From: Mytilus trossulus
Taxonomy: Eukaryota
NCBI RefSeq assembly: GCF_036588685.1
Contig: NC_086383.1
Coordinates: forward strand, 10,602,001 to 10,666,000
Direction of reading: 5' to 3'
Length of the DNA: 64,000 nucleotides
This document shows, one piece after another, positions 25,158 through 38,500 of this stretch. The notes beneath the pieces are model-generated. The model had not been told where the DNA came from and searched no databases. It saw only the letters and a list, made by a program, of their open reading frames with translations. A program made the position numbers and the translations under genes. Position 1 is the stretch's first letter; the number at the start of each line of letters is the position of its first letter.

Positions 25158-25522
25158 ACCCCAAGGGTGACTGGGGTATAGAAATACCGCTGTGCGAGAT
25201 GTATCAAGTTCGCAGTCACGTCCGGTAAGAAAGGGGACATTAAATCCGATGCCTCGTGTAAAGAGAGTTCCACTCTCTTTGAACGTTAAGAACCCTGCAA
25301 CAACTTTTTGAGGGGTCAGTAGGTGGCCTGTTGCAAGGCAAAATTTCTGTTTCTATCCAATATTCCCTCATTTTCCAGTGGCAGTCCAAATTTCCCCAAC
25401 CATCATCATGTATTATTACAACCTACCTATTGTATTTATTGTTCACTTGTTCTCGTCCTGAAAATGCTTGACATATTTGCCACTGGACATTAAGCAACCA
25501 ACAATGAATCATGTAATCAATT
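25158..25522 (+). mobile_element. 5'-truncated SINE with Deu/Nin-like central domain (internally deleted copy)
   Basis: TSD AAAGTCACATGA (25146-25157, 25523-25534); GGACATTAAATCCGATG...ACGTTAAGAACCC resembles the Deu/Nin domain; empty site in U1 ~7745. Confidence 0.75.
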
Positions 25523-26651
25523 AAAGTCACATGACAAACACGTGGATATCCATATACAATGAATTATTTATCAAATGTACCAGGCTTCTAATTTATTATG
25601 CCAGACGTATTTATAAACTGTATATTGTGTGCGTCTTTGACTTAAAAGGGGTCGCAGTGGCCACGTAGATGAAGTAGATGTATTACTGTAATCACTAGCC
25701 AGTCAATACTAAGGATATGATTTCGAATCCTGTTCGACTTTAATGTTAGATGACTACGGTTTTCAGTTGGTGGGTTTCTTCGGGTACTCCTCCACCCATT
25801 AAAACTGACCACCACGAAATAGTACAAAAAGTGGCGCTTACAAGTGGCGTTTATACACACAAAAATAACCAATCAATGTTACACTTTTGATGACTTTATT
25901 TAACCTGGGGTTACTAGCACTCTGGTTGATTGATTCAAATTGATAATTAAATTGCAACTTCAGTATTTAGTTTTGTTCCAAATTGGTAGAATTGTTCTTG
26001 TCTAACAATCAAACATAAAAAACAAAACTCCATTTTTCATTTATAGTGCAAGTATCTGGTGTATATACCAAGTAAAACCGTGACTGAAAGAAAAACAAAT
26101 ATTTTATTTTGTTTCTAAGACATTATTCGTGAACAATTGTTTAAGACCAACATTTGTTTGATCTTTTTTCTTCAAAAATCAGTCATTTCCGTTTTGGTTT
26201 GGTGACAATGGTATTATTTATGTACAGAATCATGACATTGTTGTTTAGAACATAAAACTACAGGGATAAAGGGATGGAGGGATGGTTGTTTATTGTTCAG
26301 TTCCAAATGTATACTCAGGACTAGAATATGATGTTATATTATATGAAAATAAAGCCTGCTTTGTACTAGACAGACATTTTGTATTAGATTTTAAATGCGC
26401 TTCTTTACAAAGTTACAGGACGCGGGAAAACATGTCACTCTCTTTGAACACACTATTCCGACTCTGAGTCGACCAGTCTTTTCTCTTACTCTTAAATGCC
26501 GCTTGTTCATCGGATGATCTAAATTTCAAGTCATTGATTTGGACCAACTATTTTGTGACCACTGACCAAAGTACATTGATGCATTTAATCTATCACTGAA
26601 AAAAAATGTTGCCGTTCTACTGATGAAATTGAAACAAATAAAGAAAGTTAA

Positions 26652-27008
26652 TATTTAAGAATTGAATGCTTCTTTTTGTAAATTTATTGGGTGGTAAAAG
26701 CGTTGACCGAAGTACATTTTGTATGAAGCGCGGAAGCGCTTCATTCTAAAAATGTACGCACGGTCAACGCTTTTACAACCCTATAAAGTTTCAAAAAGAA
26801 GTATTCAATACTTATAATTACATTTTTTTAGCTAAAATCGTGAAAACACGATTTTTATCCAGTTTTATTTAATTCACCTGTGCACTTTTTTGTGGGACCT
26901 CGTGTCATCATGCATGATAAATGTTATTGTCTGATGCAATTGTTTACGGAATAACATATTAGCCAATCAGAATAACGTATTATAATGAAACTTACATCTA
27001 ATGTAATT
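26652..27008. mobile_element. Long-hairpin (fold-back) insertion element, U2
   Basis: Imperfect ~75-bp arms 26656-26731 / 26736-26814 around GGAA; second IR ATAATTACATT / AATGTAATTAT; empty site in U1 ~9130. Confidence 0.75.
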
Positions 27009-30000
27009 ATAAAGTAATGACAACTTAATTATTACAACGCATCACGACTGTTGCACAGGTAATAATTCTTTTATGCTTTTTTAAACGATTGAAGCACATT
27101 GTTTTGATAAAATTATCACTTTTAACAATGACATTTAGTTCATTATCCTGGAAAATTGAATTCTTATTTTCAATAGAATTTTGAATTTGTTATCGCGTCG
27201 TTTTTTTACACGTTAAAGACATTTTAAAAGCCGTTGAGAGTGTTTCTGTACGAAAGTGTTGTACTTTCAGTTATAACTACCTATCACGTGCACAGTGCGG
27301 GAACAATGATTCTTATTATTTTAACATATAACATTATTTGGTTTTCACAATGGTTTTGTGTTAGCATTGATGCTGAATGTTAATCCAAAAAAATCATTTG
27401 ACACACGAGCATTGTGAAATGCTACTTTCATGTTTATGCTGTATGTTAAGACAATCAAATTTAAAAAAAAAGTGATGTGTCTTTCAAAATGATATAAAAT
27501 CACTTTGAATTTTGCCCTTTCCCATGGGATATTTACAATCTCATGCTTTCTAAATCAAATTGCAAAGTATATTAAATATTGACAGCAGATAAACAAAGAT
27601 TTTATTATGTCCCATGTAATTCTACACATTTTTTTGTAACAAGACACGGTAATTTTAAGGAGAGGCGGCGGCCAAATCAGTGTTTTACAATATAAAAGTG
27701 TAAAGTATTTGTACATTTACCTTACAACTTGCTGTTCAAGAATCAGGATCAGAAAAACAATTAGCAAACATGTTTTATCTGTTTCTCTTGTTTTCAGTCC
27801 AGATGTATTTTTACATAATATTCTAAACGTAGATCATTGATATGGGATTACATCCTCTAGCCAGTCTGGACATTGTCAAAATAAAAAAAAACGGACGACA
27901 TTTCTATAGTTCATAAATAAAAAACCAACATCGTTAAGATTATGATAATGAGAAAAATGTACTTATCTATGATAAAGGTAGTACATTGTCAATTGATAGA
28001 TAATACAAAAATGTCTAATATACAATATGAATTTGAGAGTATGTTGGATGTGATTCAATTTGTCGACCAAAAACAAATTGAATAGAGTGTTACAATTTTG
28101 AAGACATTTCTCAAGGGTTTTCGCTAACACTAAGCATAGTTTGTCCTTCAACTATATCTACATTGGGTTAATGTTTATATAGTGAAAAAGCTGGTATATT
28201 GGGTTAATTCTGCTCTTTAACTTGTAATTAAATCGGTTAACATCGCATTGTTTTTGCTTGATGAATACAGGGTTGACACTTTTTTCTCTGGGGTAACAAT
28301 CTGTTCGAGCACCCTCTCAGCTTTATGTTATTTAAATTTTGCATTCTGAATTTTCTGTTACTACCGTCTTTTCAATTCAAATAAGTAGAAAATATTCAGT
28401 ATTTGATAAAGCGCAAAAAAATTTCAAGCATCACAGTGAAAGGAATCATAACATGTATAAGCTATAGGATAATAGTATATGAACTCCCTCGTACTGACCA
28501 ATCAACATATGGCATTTTTACATGAATTATACCAATATACATAGATAGCACCCATAGGTATGTTATCATTGGTTAACACACACATCTGTAGAGTCTAAAT
28601 TTTGATATCGTCTGACCACTCGGTTTCTTTTATGTCTTTATATCTTCCGAAGGTCGCATGCTATTTGTTGACTATTATATCATCACTCGTGCTGTCACAA
28701 CATATTGTTTTCGTCTTTTTCATTTTCTAGAAATAATCGTTTTAGTTTCTGTTTAGTAACGTTCTCCACGTTTTAGGTTAATAGTTTTGAAATAGCAATT
28801 AAAATTTCTAAAGAGCTTAGGCCATATTCAATAATTAATTTCTCCTTTTTTATATTTTAGTGAATGAAACGTTTACAACATTCGGTGAAAATAAATCGTT
28901 TTTCGTTTCCTATTTTGCTGAAAAGGAATGGTCCGTTCTTTAGTATTACGTAATCTCTCTCTTTTAAGTTTTCGACATTTATTCTGATCTCCTAGCCTTT
29001 GTTCGCTTTAAAATACTCTGATTGAATGCTTTCACAAATGAACTATCTCGGAAATTATGTATAGTCTGAATTGATTGATTTACATCCATAAATTTAACTG
29101 TATATAGTGAATACTAAACGTTCCAGATTCTTTGGTGACAAGAACTGAATACTGAATTACATCTTAAATTTAAATTGTATGAATTGTGTTAGAAAATGTG
29201 TTAGAAAATAGATTAAGGTTTTGTCAACAAGAAAATTCGATGTTACACTTTTTCATTTAATGAGAGACGCATAGGGTAATTAAATTTTAGGTTAGGGCAG
29301 TGTCGAATGAATTCTTATAAATATATTGAGAATATACATGATATAGTTAGGTGGAAAATTAAGAAAAGTCTCGAAAGATTAATTTTAATTGTTTAAAAAT
29401 ATATCAAGGGAGTAAAGTTAGAGAAGTCCCGAATGATTGCATTATATTTGAACAACAAGTTCAAAATTAGAGAAGTCCCGAATAATTTCTTTTGAAAATA
29501 TTTAGATGATACAAAGAGGTCAACGTAAGAGTCCCGAATGATTCATTTTAAATTGATTGAGAAGGTACCAATGATGCAATTAACAGTATTTACAAGCAAT
29601 GGCGGATCCAAAGGGGACGGTTTTCCGTTGTAAGTCACCCCTTTTTTTGACAGTGAATATGTTCCCAAAAAATATCCTATAAGAACATATGGTTGGACTC
29701 CCTCTTCCACTTTTAAATACACAAAATCCTATGACGAACAGTTTAAAAAACACTACACATTAAAAAGCAACACGAATCAAACCTAACAAAACTACTAACC
29801 CCTGTAAACCCAGTGCCGTTTTAAAAAAAAAAATCTATACCATCAAAATGCACTCAATTCATTTGTTCTACGAGTTAAACTACACAAAAGGATTTGTTTT
29901 CTTGAAACCAATTTTCATAATAAGAAAAGATGTATGTTTACGTCGACGACTATGCAACCCAACAACAACAAATACCAAGATTATAAAGAGCAACAAGCCC

Positions 30001-31612
30001 CGAATCATCAGAAGTTATTAGACATGCATCTAGTATTTAAAATACTGAATCAAACACCCTCCGCCGAGTCGTTTTTGTCTTACTAACATTAAAATGGAAA
30101 TATGACTATCTTTTAATCTTTGAGAGATCTGCGCTGTTATCCCTTTTATTACATTAGATAGATAATCAATAATATGAAATGAAGAAAACAGATAGCAATA
30201 ACTCATTTCTAAAATAAAGACATAGTAGATACTAGTATCAAGAAGAAAAAATAAAAATCGATAGCATACCGCGTGACATTAAATTTTCAACTTGCTTATA
30301 TGAACTCATACCATCCTTAATTTAGCATGATCTATTTTTGACAAATAAAATAGACAGAAAACATTGGAATTGAAATGACATCTTAGGGTGCACTAATCAT
30401 GAAACTAGTATATGGTTATATTTGCTATTGTTGGCTTGTCTGTCGACGGACTGCCTCGATAATATTGACATTGTTGCGTAATAATTTGAAATATACATCT
30501 GCCCGAACATTTTAAAATCCGTCCCGACACAGTTGTGTTAGTTTCACAATACCCACGTTTAAAAAAGACATGACTCTGGGGTTATTCACATGCAATTGCA
30601 TACGTATATAAAATAACACACGTGTCTGTTATTGTTTACTTCTTCTTCATTTGAAGTTTGGTGGATAGTTTTTTTATTTTGTTTTGAAACCCAACCCTTA
30701 CCCCTAAGTCTAACCCTTCCAAATCATATGTATGTGTTGTTTTGTTAATTAAATTCGATCGAGTATACAAAAATGTATTACTAATACATGTATGTTAAAA
30801 AGTGTACATGGTAGACAATTAAAACGTCATATGTGCGGTGGAACGGAAGCACAAATTGGAACTATCTTATATTGGAAGAGGAGAGGGGGAAAACAACCAT
30901 CACAATGATCCATTACTTTATATATAGGAAACACATGAGCAATGATGTAAACTGTATTTATCACTACTTAAGTCTGTATGTACGTTCATTTGTCATTAAT
31001 TCTCTTTTTTGACTTGCCCTCCGTGTCAGCTTCGTTTTGTCTTCAATTAAACTGCAAAATGGTTTATATGATATAAAAATGTATGTCAATAATCTTATAA
31101 AAACATTGCCGGTCGTAACGATATTTTAATCAAATGTTATCGATAGAGACATGACCGCGGACAGTTTTTTAACACGTACTTGTTACTTCGATTAAGATAT
31201 ATTGCAGAAGACATTAACACCAAGATTAAGTGTTCGTCCTTTAAATCAATAAAAAGGTTGAGATTCATGTTGTCACAAACTTTAAACAGAAATTTTTATT
31301 GTCTTAGTTTTTGTCTAATAAATCCTCACAAACATTAAAAGAAAAAAAGATTTTTAGCTTAAGTTTCATCCTATGCATCTTTGAAAGGTTGAGAATTATG
31401 TTGTCACGAATGTTCAACAGACATTTTTATTGTCAAAGTGTTCGTTCTACACGTCTTTGAAAAGTTGAATTTTATGTTGTCACAAATGTTTAAAAAAAAG
31501 ATTGTTAGCTTAAGTTTTTATCCTATAAATCTTTTAAACGGTCCAACACCAAATAAAATGGACAACTGCCAAAACAATAGAAAATAGAGAGAAAATAGAG
31601 CTACAACATTAA

Positions 31613-33126
31613 CCCCTTTCCATTGAGGCATTTTAGATCTTTACTTATCGAAAAGACATTATCAAGTTTAAATGAAAACTGCATTCCCATCAATGTTCAT
31701 ACACATGTAATGTTGGGCTCAAATGAAAGATAATTAGTAAAATATTTCAGAAAATTAAGTTTGGAGATAATTCGTCATTTCTTAGTCACGTGGTTTATTT
31801 CCAAAAGTCACGTCACTGTTGGCGAAAAAGTGAAAAAATACGAAATCCTTGGGCAAAAAGTCAAGAAGAGATATATTTGTGGGCTAATAGGGTCAGATTT
31901 TGGTGGAAACACAATGCCTCGAGTCTATTGAAGCCATAAAAGTTATCATAGTGGAATAAATAGACGCATAATGTGCTTTAGGCCTTGACATATAGATGTC
32001 CGTAACATTCCAAATAACTGATTTTAGACACCATTTTTGTCCGATTTCAAACCTGGACCCTAGTTATTGGTCTAATTCGTTTTCAATCAATCAGCAACTT
32101 AAACTTTGTTTTTACAAGTGAAAATTCATTGAATTACCAATGCTAGCTTGATCTGGGACACCCTTGACCGAGCCCGATTGAGCCAAGGGGGTAAAAAGGG
32201 GTGGGGGCAATTTGGCACACACATTTTTTGAAAAACATTTCGTAGGTTTTCTTTTTGAAATTAAATTTAAGTTAAGTTACATTTAATATAGGACATTATT
32301 TTTCCAACTCCGGCAGTGAGATTCGAACCCTCAATCTTAGCGCCTTGGGATAGATCATCGTACCCCTGCGCCACTGGCATTGTATTGAATATATTGAAAT
32401 TTAAGTACTTAAGTCTACTACTACGGAAGAAATTAAAAAAAAAATAATATAAAGATTCTCACCCAGTTTGTTTTTCTTTTGGAATTATGTGTTCAGATGA
32501 CAATTTTTGGTTGCCAAATGCCTGATTTTTACGCAAATCTAGGAGGAATCCACTCTTTAAAATGTCATTTTTTCATTGAAATATACATGTTCCTTTATAC
32601 AATAAAAGTGTTTTCAACTTTATCATACCGCAACACTTACGAAACCATGTTTTGTTACATCTAATTCAACTTTGCCAAAAAACATTAGAATATTAGAGTG
32701 GTTTTTGTCTCTTTTCTCATAATATCTCTAAGAAATGACTTCGGATGTTTAGCGTGCGCTTCTACTCTAAAAATTACATTTGCAACTAGTGTACAAGTTA
32801 GAACTATTATTTTAATACTATTCTTCAAAAACTCGCTGCACAGTTATTGAGAAAAGTCATAATCCTCTTAAAAGATCAGTTTTCTTTGCCATTCTTTTTG
32901 AGAATATTTCTCAAAATTCGAAGAAAAATAAATGGTTTTTACATCAGTAAGAGGCGACTTATTTTTTAACTAATAATGATAGAGGTTTGCTGGTTATCTG
33001 AGGATTAATTTGAGCCCTTAACCACATATGTACGTCAGCAAATGGCGATAGAACAAGTCTAAATGCCCAAAAAAAATCTTGAAATTGGCTTCACCGGTAA
33101 GCTGTACCGGTGTGAATGGGAGAGGG
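31613..33126. mobile_element. piggyBac-like non-autonomous element, U2 only
   Basis: TTAA at 31609-31612 and 33127-33130; CCC...GGG termini with an imperfect 12-bp TIR; empty site in U3 ~54170. Confidence 0.8.
32304..32378 (-). other. tRNA-like Pol III module (A and B boxes) inside the piggyBac-like element; not a functional tRNA
   Basis: Minus strand GCCAGTGGCGCAGGGGTA...TGAGGGTTCGAATCTCACTG; T-arm pairs, anticodon arm not convincing. Confidence 0.5.
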
Positions 33127-33794
33127 TTAAGAGCACGTAATTGCATTTCTTATTCATGGTGAGGTTACATATTATTAAAAGAGAATACGGGTAAAAACAG
33201 ATAGAGAATAAAGAGAAACTGGTTTAGAGAATTAAAGACACACAAATAAAGGATCCCTATCTAGATCCCCGTGAATGTTAAATCCGCTATCGGTCTTTAC
33301 TATTTTGACTGGCCACAGTTGGAAATCTTATAGGATTCTCGTTTCTTTTAATCAGAACTAAAATATTGACAAATGAAGTAGAAGTGTTCAGTGTACTTCC
33401 TGTCTATAAGTATTCAAAAGACAAACTTATGTTATATACATATTTACAAAATATCTTAGAGATGCATTGATCGAATTATTTAAATATTATCACGGTTGAC
33501 AAAACTCATTGGTCTAGATTGAATCGTTTATTTATTATCATTTTATTCGTTGTAAGGGATGACTGTAAATATCGCCAGTACATTAACGATTGTCAATAGA
33601 ATCACGTAGGATCACGTAGCTCTCCTGTTGTGCTCCTTATTCTATTTCTGTATACTGTTTACACATTGGGGTTTCGTCTGTTTTTAGAGGAAAAGGATAA
33701 AAGGAAAATTATCTATAAAGTATCGATGATCTGACGTACTGGCAGAAGAGTTGGGCTTCTTTTTTGCAATAACTTCTATTTTGAAAAATAATGG

Positions 33795-34126
33795 AGAAGG
33801 TTTGGGCCCATTAAAACGTTTAATCCCGCTGCAAATGTTTGCACCTGTCCTAAGTCAGGAATCTGATGTGCAGTAGTTGTCGTTTGTTTATGTAATATAT
33901 ACGTGTTTCTCGTTTCTCGTTTTGTTTATATAGATTAGACCGTTGGTTTTCCCGTTTGAATGGTTTTACACTAGTAATTTTGGGGCCCTTTATAGCTTGT
34001 TGTTCGGTGTGAGCCAAGGCTCCGTGTTGAAGGCCGTACTTTAACCTATAATGGTTTAATTTTTAAATTGTTATTTGGATAGAGAGTTGTCTCATTGGCA
34101 CTCACACCACATCTTCCTATATCTAT
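33795..34126 (+). mobile_element. Mytilus-type interspersed repeat (unclassified), U2 only
   Basis: Core CCTGTCCTAAGTCAGGAA and terminus GAGAGTTGTCTCATTGGCACTCACACCACATCTTC; empty site in U3 ~54855; terminal fragments also at ~9955-10055, 13525-13570, 59060-59150. Confidence 0.7.
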
Positions 34127-34839
34127 TTATCCAAAAAAAAATAATCTTCAAATATTTAATTGAAGGAAACTGATATATAGATATAGCTGTTCTTAGAGAA
34201 AAAAAAATTTGTATTGATAAAATGTTTCATCGTTTTCCAAATTTTAATTGAGGACAATTTTGTCCTTTGTTCTTTAAGGTACAATTTGTAGGCATAACCA
34301 CTAACTTCTTTTAACATTTACAACATAGAAGCACGGAGTAAAAGTATCCATAAGAAACAATATATACATAAAACTGTGTGACATGTCTACCCACAGGCAC
34401 CGGGTAATACTATCAATAAGAGACAATTTATACATATTACTGTGCATATAGCATGTCTAGACACCATCAATATCCGACCGATTAGACTTAATACCCTCAG
34501 TGTTTTAAAATCTGCGCTTAGCTGTTCAATATGGTAATTTTGAATTGATACATAAGCAGCACTTAACATTGTTTAATACACACTTTATTTAAATTTAACC
34601 ATTTAGATCAAGCGTAAACGAAACAACACCAATACGTTCTGAAATAAATTGAACTTGTATAATTTACATTTGTCGTTTCGAGGCGTTTTTAATCTTGCTA
34701 TATTAGTATTGGTTTGAACATTGGTGGAGGATTTACGGTGACCTTAAATGATTTGCTAAGTTAATGTCATTCAGTCCCTCGTGAAAAATCTTGTCTTTTT
34801 TTATACTCAAGCTTTCATGCCGGGGACATCTTTGTTTTC

Positions 34840-35560
34840 CATTTAATGAGACACTGTTCATATCATGTTTCCAATGGCGAATTTAATGCAGTACGATATG
34901 CATAATGTTCTGTCAACGACGAGTTATAATACATAGTACTCTTGGGGGGGGGGGGGGGGGGGGGGGGTTACGGAGTGATTCGATTTATTTTGTGTTCCTC
35001 TGTGACACATACAACTCGATACGATACATTTCCGGTTCTATTTGGCGCAAATGAGGTGAAACGATACATATCTTTTCCCAGTTGCGCAAACGACGCGAAT
35101 TTATATATAAAATATCACCTGTGGCGACACGAAACGATACACATTTTGTCTTCTGTTGTACATTTTAAAAATTCTATACAATAAATTCGTTCTACGTTGT
35201 GGTCAATACAACGGAAAACGATATAAATCTTGTCCGTTGTGGTACATACGACATTATACTATATACATAGTTTCACCTGCGAGGCATTCGGCGAGACACA
35301 ATACATATCTAGTCTCCTGTAGAATATACAATTCGATACGATATCTTTGTTCTGCGCTGTGGCTTTTAAGACAGGATGTGGTTAATATCTTGTCCTCTGT
35401 TTCGCAAACGACGCGATTCTTTATATATTGTTTCAACTGTTAGACATGCGCTAAACAAGACATATTTGTTTCATCATAGGGATACAGCTCATAACGTAAC
35501 ATGTGTTCTACGTCGTGGTTTATTCGCCGAGGCAGGATAAACATCTTGTCTCCTATCAGA
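34840..35560. repeat. Highly degenerate ~40-bp minisatellite (copy ~55620-56270)
   Basis: Recurring ACGATACGATACAT.TTGTC..CTGTGG-like units at roughly 39-42-bp spacing. Confidence 0.55.
34944..34967 (+). repeat. G24 homopolymer
   Basis: 24 consecutive G; the homologous U3 site (~55725) is only GGAGGG. Confidence 0.9.
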
Positions 35561-38500
35561 CTTGAGTTAACTTGTATGATTTTCCAATGTCATAAAATTG
35601 ATGATAAAAGTCTACAGATAGTAGTATTGATAATAACGGTTTATGTAAATATACTGTTCTGTTATATACGTTTGGTCTACGATTAAACAATTATGCATGT
35701 TTGGTGAATTATTAAACCATTCTGTTCGTTTGGTTCAAGATTGAACTAACTATCAAAGCGAGGTCTAAGCTTTGAAATAATAAAGAGCATTACCAATGTC
35801 TTTGATTATTCAACAAATGAAATTAAGTGAAGTGAATCAGGTGACCTGAACTACTATAGAATCTTCAAACTTATCTTAACATCGGTATATGATATAACGT
35901 CTTCATTCAATACACGACCTGTAAATATAGCAATAGTATTTCATCTTTATCAGACATTTATATACAAACGTCTCCATTCCAGACAGACGGTTCCTACCGT
36001 AATATGCTTGATTAGTTGAAGTAGAGTGTAAAAGTATATCTTATTTTTCTGAGTGCTCAAAGATTGATTTCCTGTTTCACACGAGACTTGCGTAATAAAT
36101 ATGGCAATGGTATATCGTCTCTAATAGTTAACATCAATTCTTTTAAAACGAGCTTGTTATTCAATAAACTCAAATATAGTGTCTTCAACTTTGAGAAATA
36201 CTTAAATGTCTAATATACAATGTATTTAATGTAAGAGTATAAAAAAGAAGTTGAACAGTCGTTTCTAGAGAGTGGTTAAGTTCGTAACCAATGTCTTAAG
36301 CAAGTCTGGAATATGAGAAGTTGTAATCCACGCATTCGATTGATGTGTTTAAACTTTTGATATGCTGTTTGATTAGGGACTTTCCATTTTAAATTTCTTT
36401 TCAAGTACTTGTTTGAACCAGAATACAGATAAACAAAATGAAACTATTAGACGGAAGAGTAGTATATAGTCATAAGTTATAGTAATATACATGTCATAAT
36501 AACACTAAAGGGTCGTTCAAACTCATACATGAAACTCAAATTGGCAATACCAAGGCAAAACATGCTTATAACTTTTTGGCTTTGAAATCAACTGAAAGTA
36601 AAATTGCAATTTGGACTTGCGCTTCGGACGCGCACATTTAAAAAAGTTGACTTAAGATAAATGTCACTGTTTTTTTTTGTATCATCAGCTCATTAACTGA
36701 AATAGTTCCTTTATATCCTTGGCTTTCAAATGTTCTGCTTTTATCGTTCAAGATGCAGGTAATTCCAGAAAAGCGTTTTTGGGTGCATAACATTAAATGT
36801 AAATGAAAAGTGTTATTTTTACTTTCCATATATCAACCTTGCCGAAGAAAGACTGTCAGGAAAATGTTGTGGGTACTTTAACACTCATTAACCAAACAAA
36901 ATACCACTGGGACTTTGGTTAATTATGCATTTTCTATTTATAAATATTTATCCAATGTCTGAGGCAATTCAATGATTTTTCTGTAGCTATCTGGGTTTGT
37001 CAATTATATAACATTCATAAGAGTTTCGATTGATACAGTTTACAATTATATATCTTCATGTGGATTTACAAAAAAATAATAATTTGTTGCAAATGTATTT
37101 TTTCTCGTATCTCCTGACAAATTTTGGTATCGCTGATAATTAATTTTTGGAAATGGTTTAACTTTTTGTCAAAATGAGAATTTAATGTTCGAATGGTAAA
37201 TAAAAATGTCCCAATAAAAATATCAACTAACATAGCAACATCATACGTCAATGCAGACTGGTAAGAACATCCTTCTAAAGACGTTGATTTGACTAATAAG
37301 TGAACGACTGTATAGGTTCTGATTTAGTTCAGACACTTTGCAAATGAAAGAGAAAATAAAGCGAAATTTGGCGTTACGCAAATTGTAAGTGTCTATTAAT
37401 ATCAAGTGTGAGATGTGTTTCGATAAAAGGTTTTGTGCTTTTAAGGATTTGAAATATCCTATATTCGTCTGACATTAAGTTTTCTGTTAACTGTTCATTT
37501 GTTTATGTCCCTAGAAAAGTTTTCTGTCTCTAAGGAAATGTTTCTCATTTATAGATGTTACAATGATTTTTTTTAATTTGCGTAAGTTTAAAACTATTTC
37601 AATTGCTTACGGCGATAAAGAGAAAAAAAATCAGAAAATTAAAAAAACAAAACAAAAAATTCGGATAAAGATAAATGTATATCATGTTTGATTTATACTA
37701 AAAGGAATCTTTAGTTTTTTGTAATTCTTGAATATCAAATTATTTTCAACGACATTTAATATTTATGTGTCGCCAATGCGCATGACTAATGATTTGGTAC
37801 ATGTACTACATCTATGACAGCGAATATCAATGAAGTCTTCATTTAAAGGCAAACATGGTTATATTTGTTTTTCAATTTACGATTCGTGTTTTAAAATTTG
37901 ATTTTCCTTCCAGTAAATGAAGTTTACAATTTTAATGGGTTCTTTCAGTAAAACAATATAAGTTTACGATATGTTTTGTTAACTTCTTACGTGATTATTA
38001 TCATAGGAAGCTCAATTGCAAAATTTAACTTTTCAAAACAAAACAGCGAGACAAATTTGTAAAAATGTTATTAAAATCCTGTTTGTGATACCTTTACCAA
38101 CTTAACAAGAGTTTGATTAAGGGAGCGGAGATGATAAAGTTATGCATAAAATATAATCATTTGCACTTTTAATCTTAGTATCTTAATCAGTTTTAGGATC
38201 CCCGTGAACACTAGAACATCTATGCTTTACAAAATTAATAGATGTGGTATGCTTTCAAATAAAATGAGTTTCTCACCAGCGAACGCAGGCATCACATTTA
38301 TAAATAACTTCTTTAAAAAAAATAACGTAAAAGCAAAACAAAACGGTGTGCTTTTTCATTGATCCGTTTCTGTCTCATTGATGTGTTGCTGTCACATGGA
38401 CGTGTTGCTGTCTCATTGATGTGTTACTCTTTTGTTGACATGTTGCTGTCGTATGATATGTTCCTGTTTTAATGACATGTTGATGTCTGATTTATATGTT

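Larger units (their letters stand above)
15056..35760. repeat. Tandem segmental duplication unit U2
   Basis: Starts at anchor AGGTCTAAGCTTTGAAA (15056); same anchor order as U1/U3; about 5 kb of private insertions. Confidence 0.95.

Noticed and set aside
32304-32378. Functional tRNA gene
   Set aside because: A and B boxes are present, but acceptor and anticodon stems do not form a proper cloverleaf.
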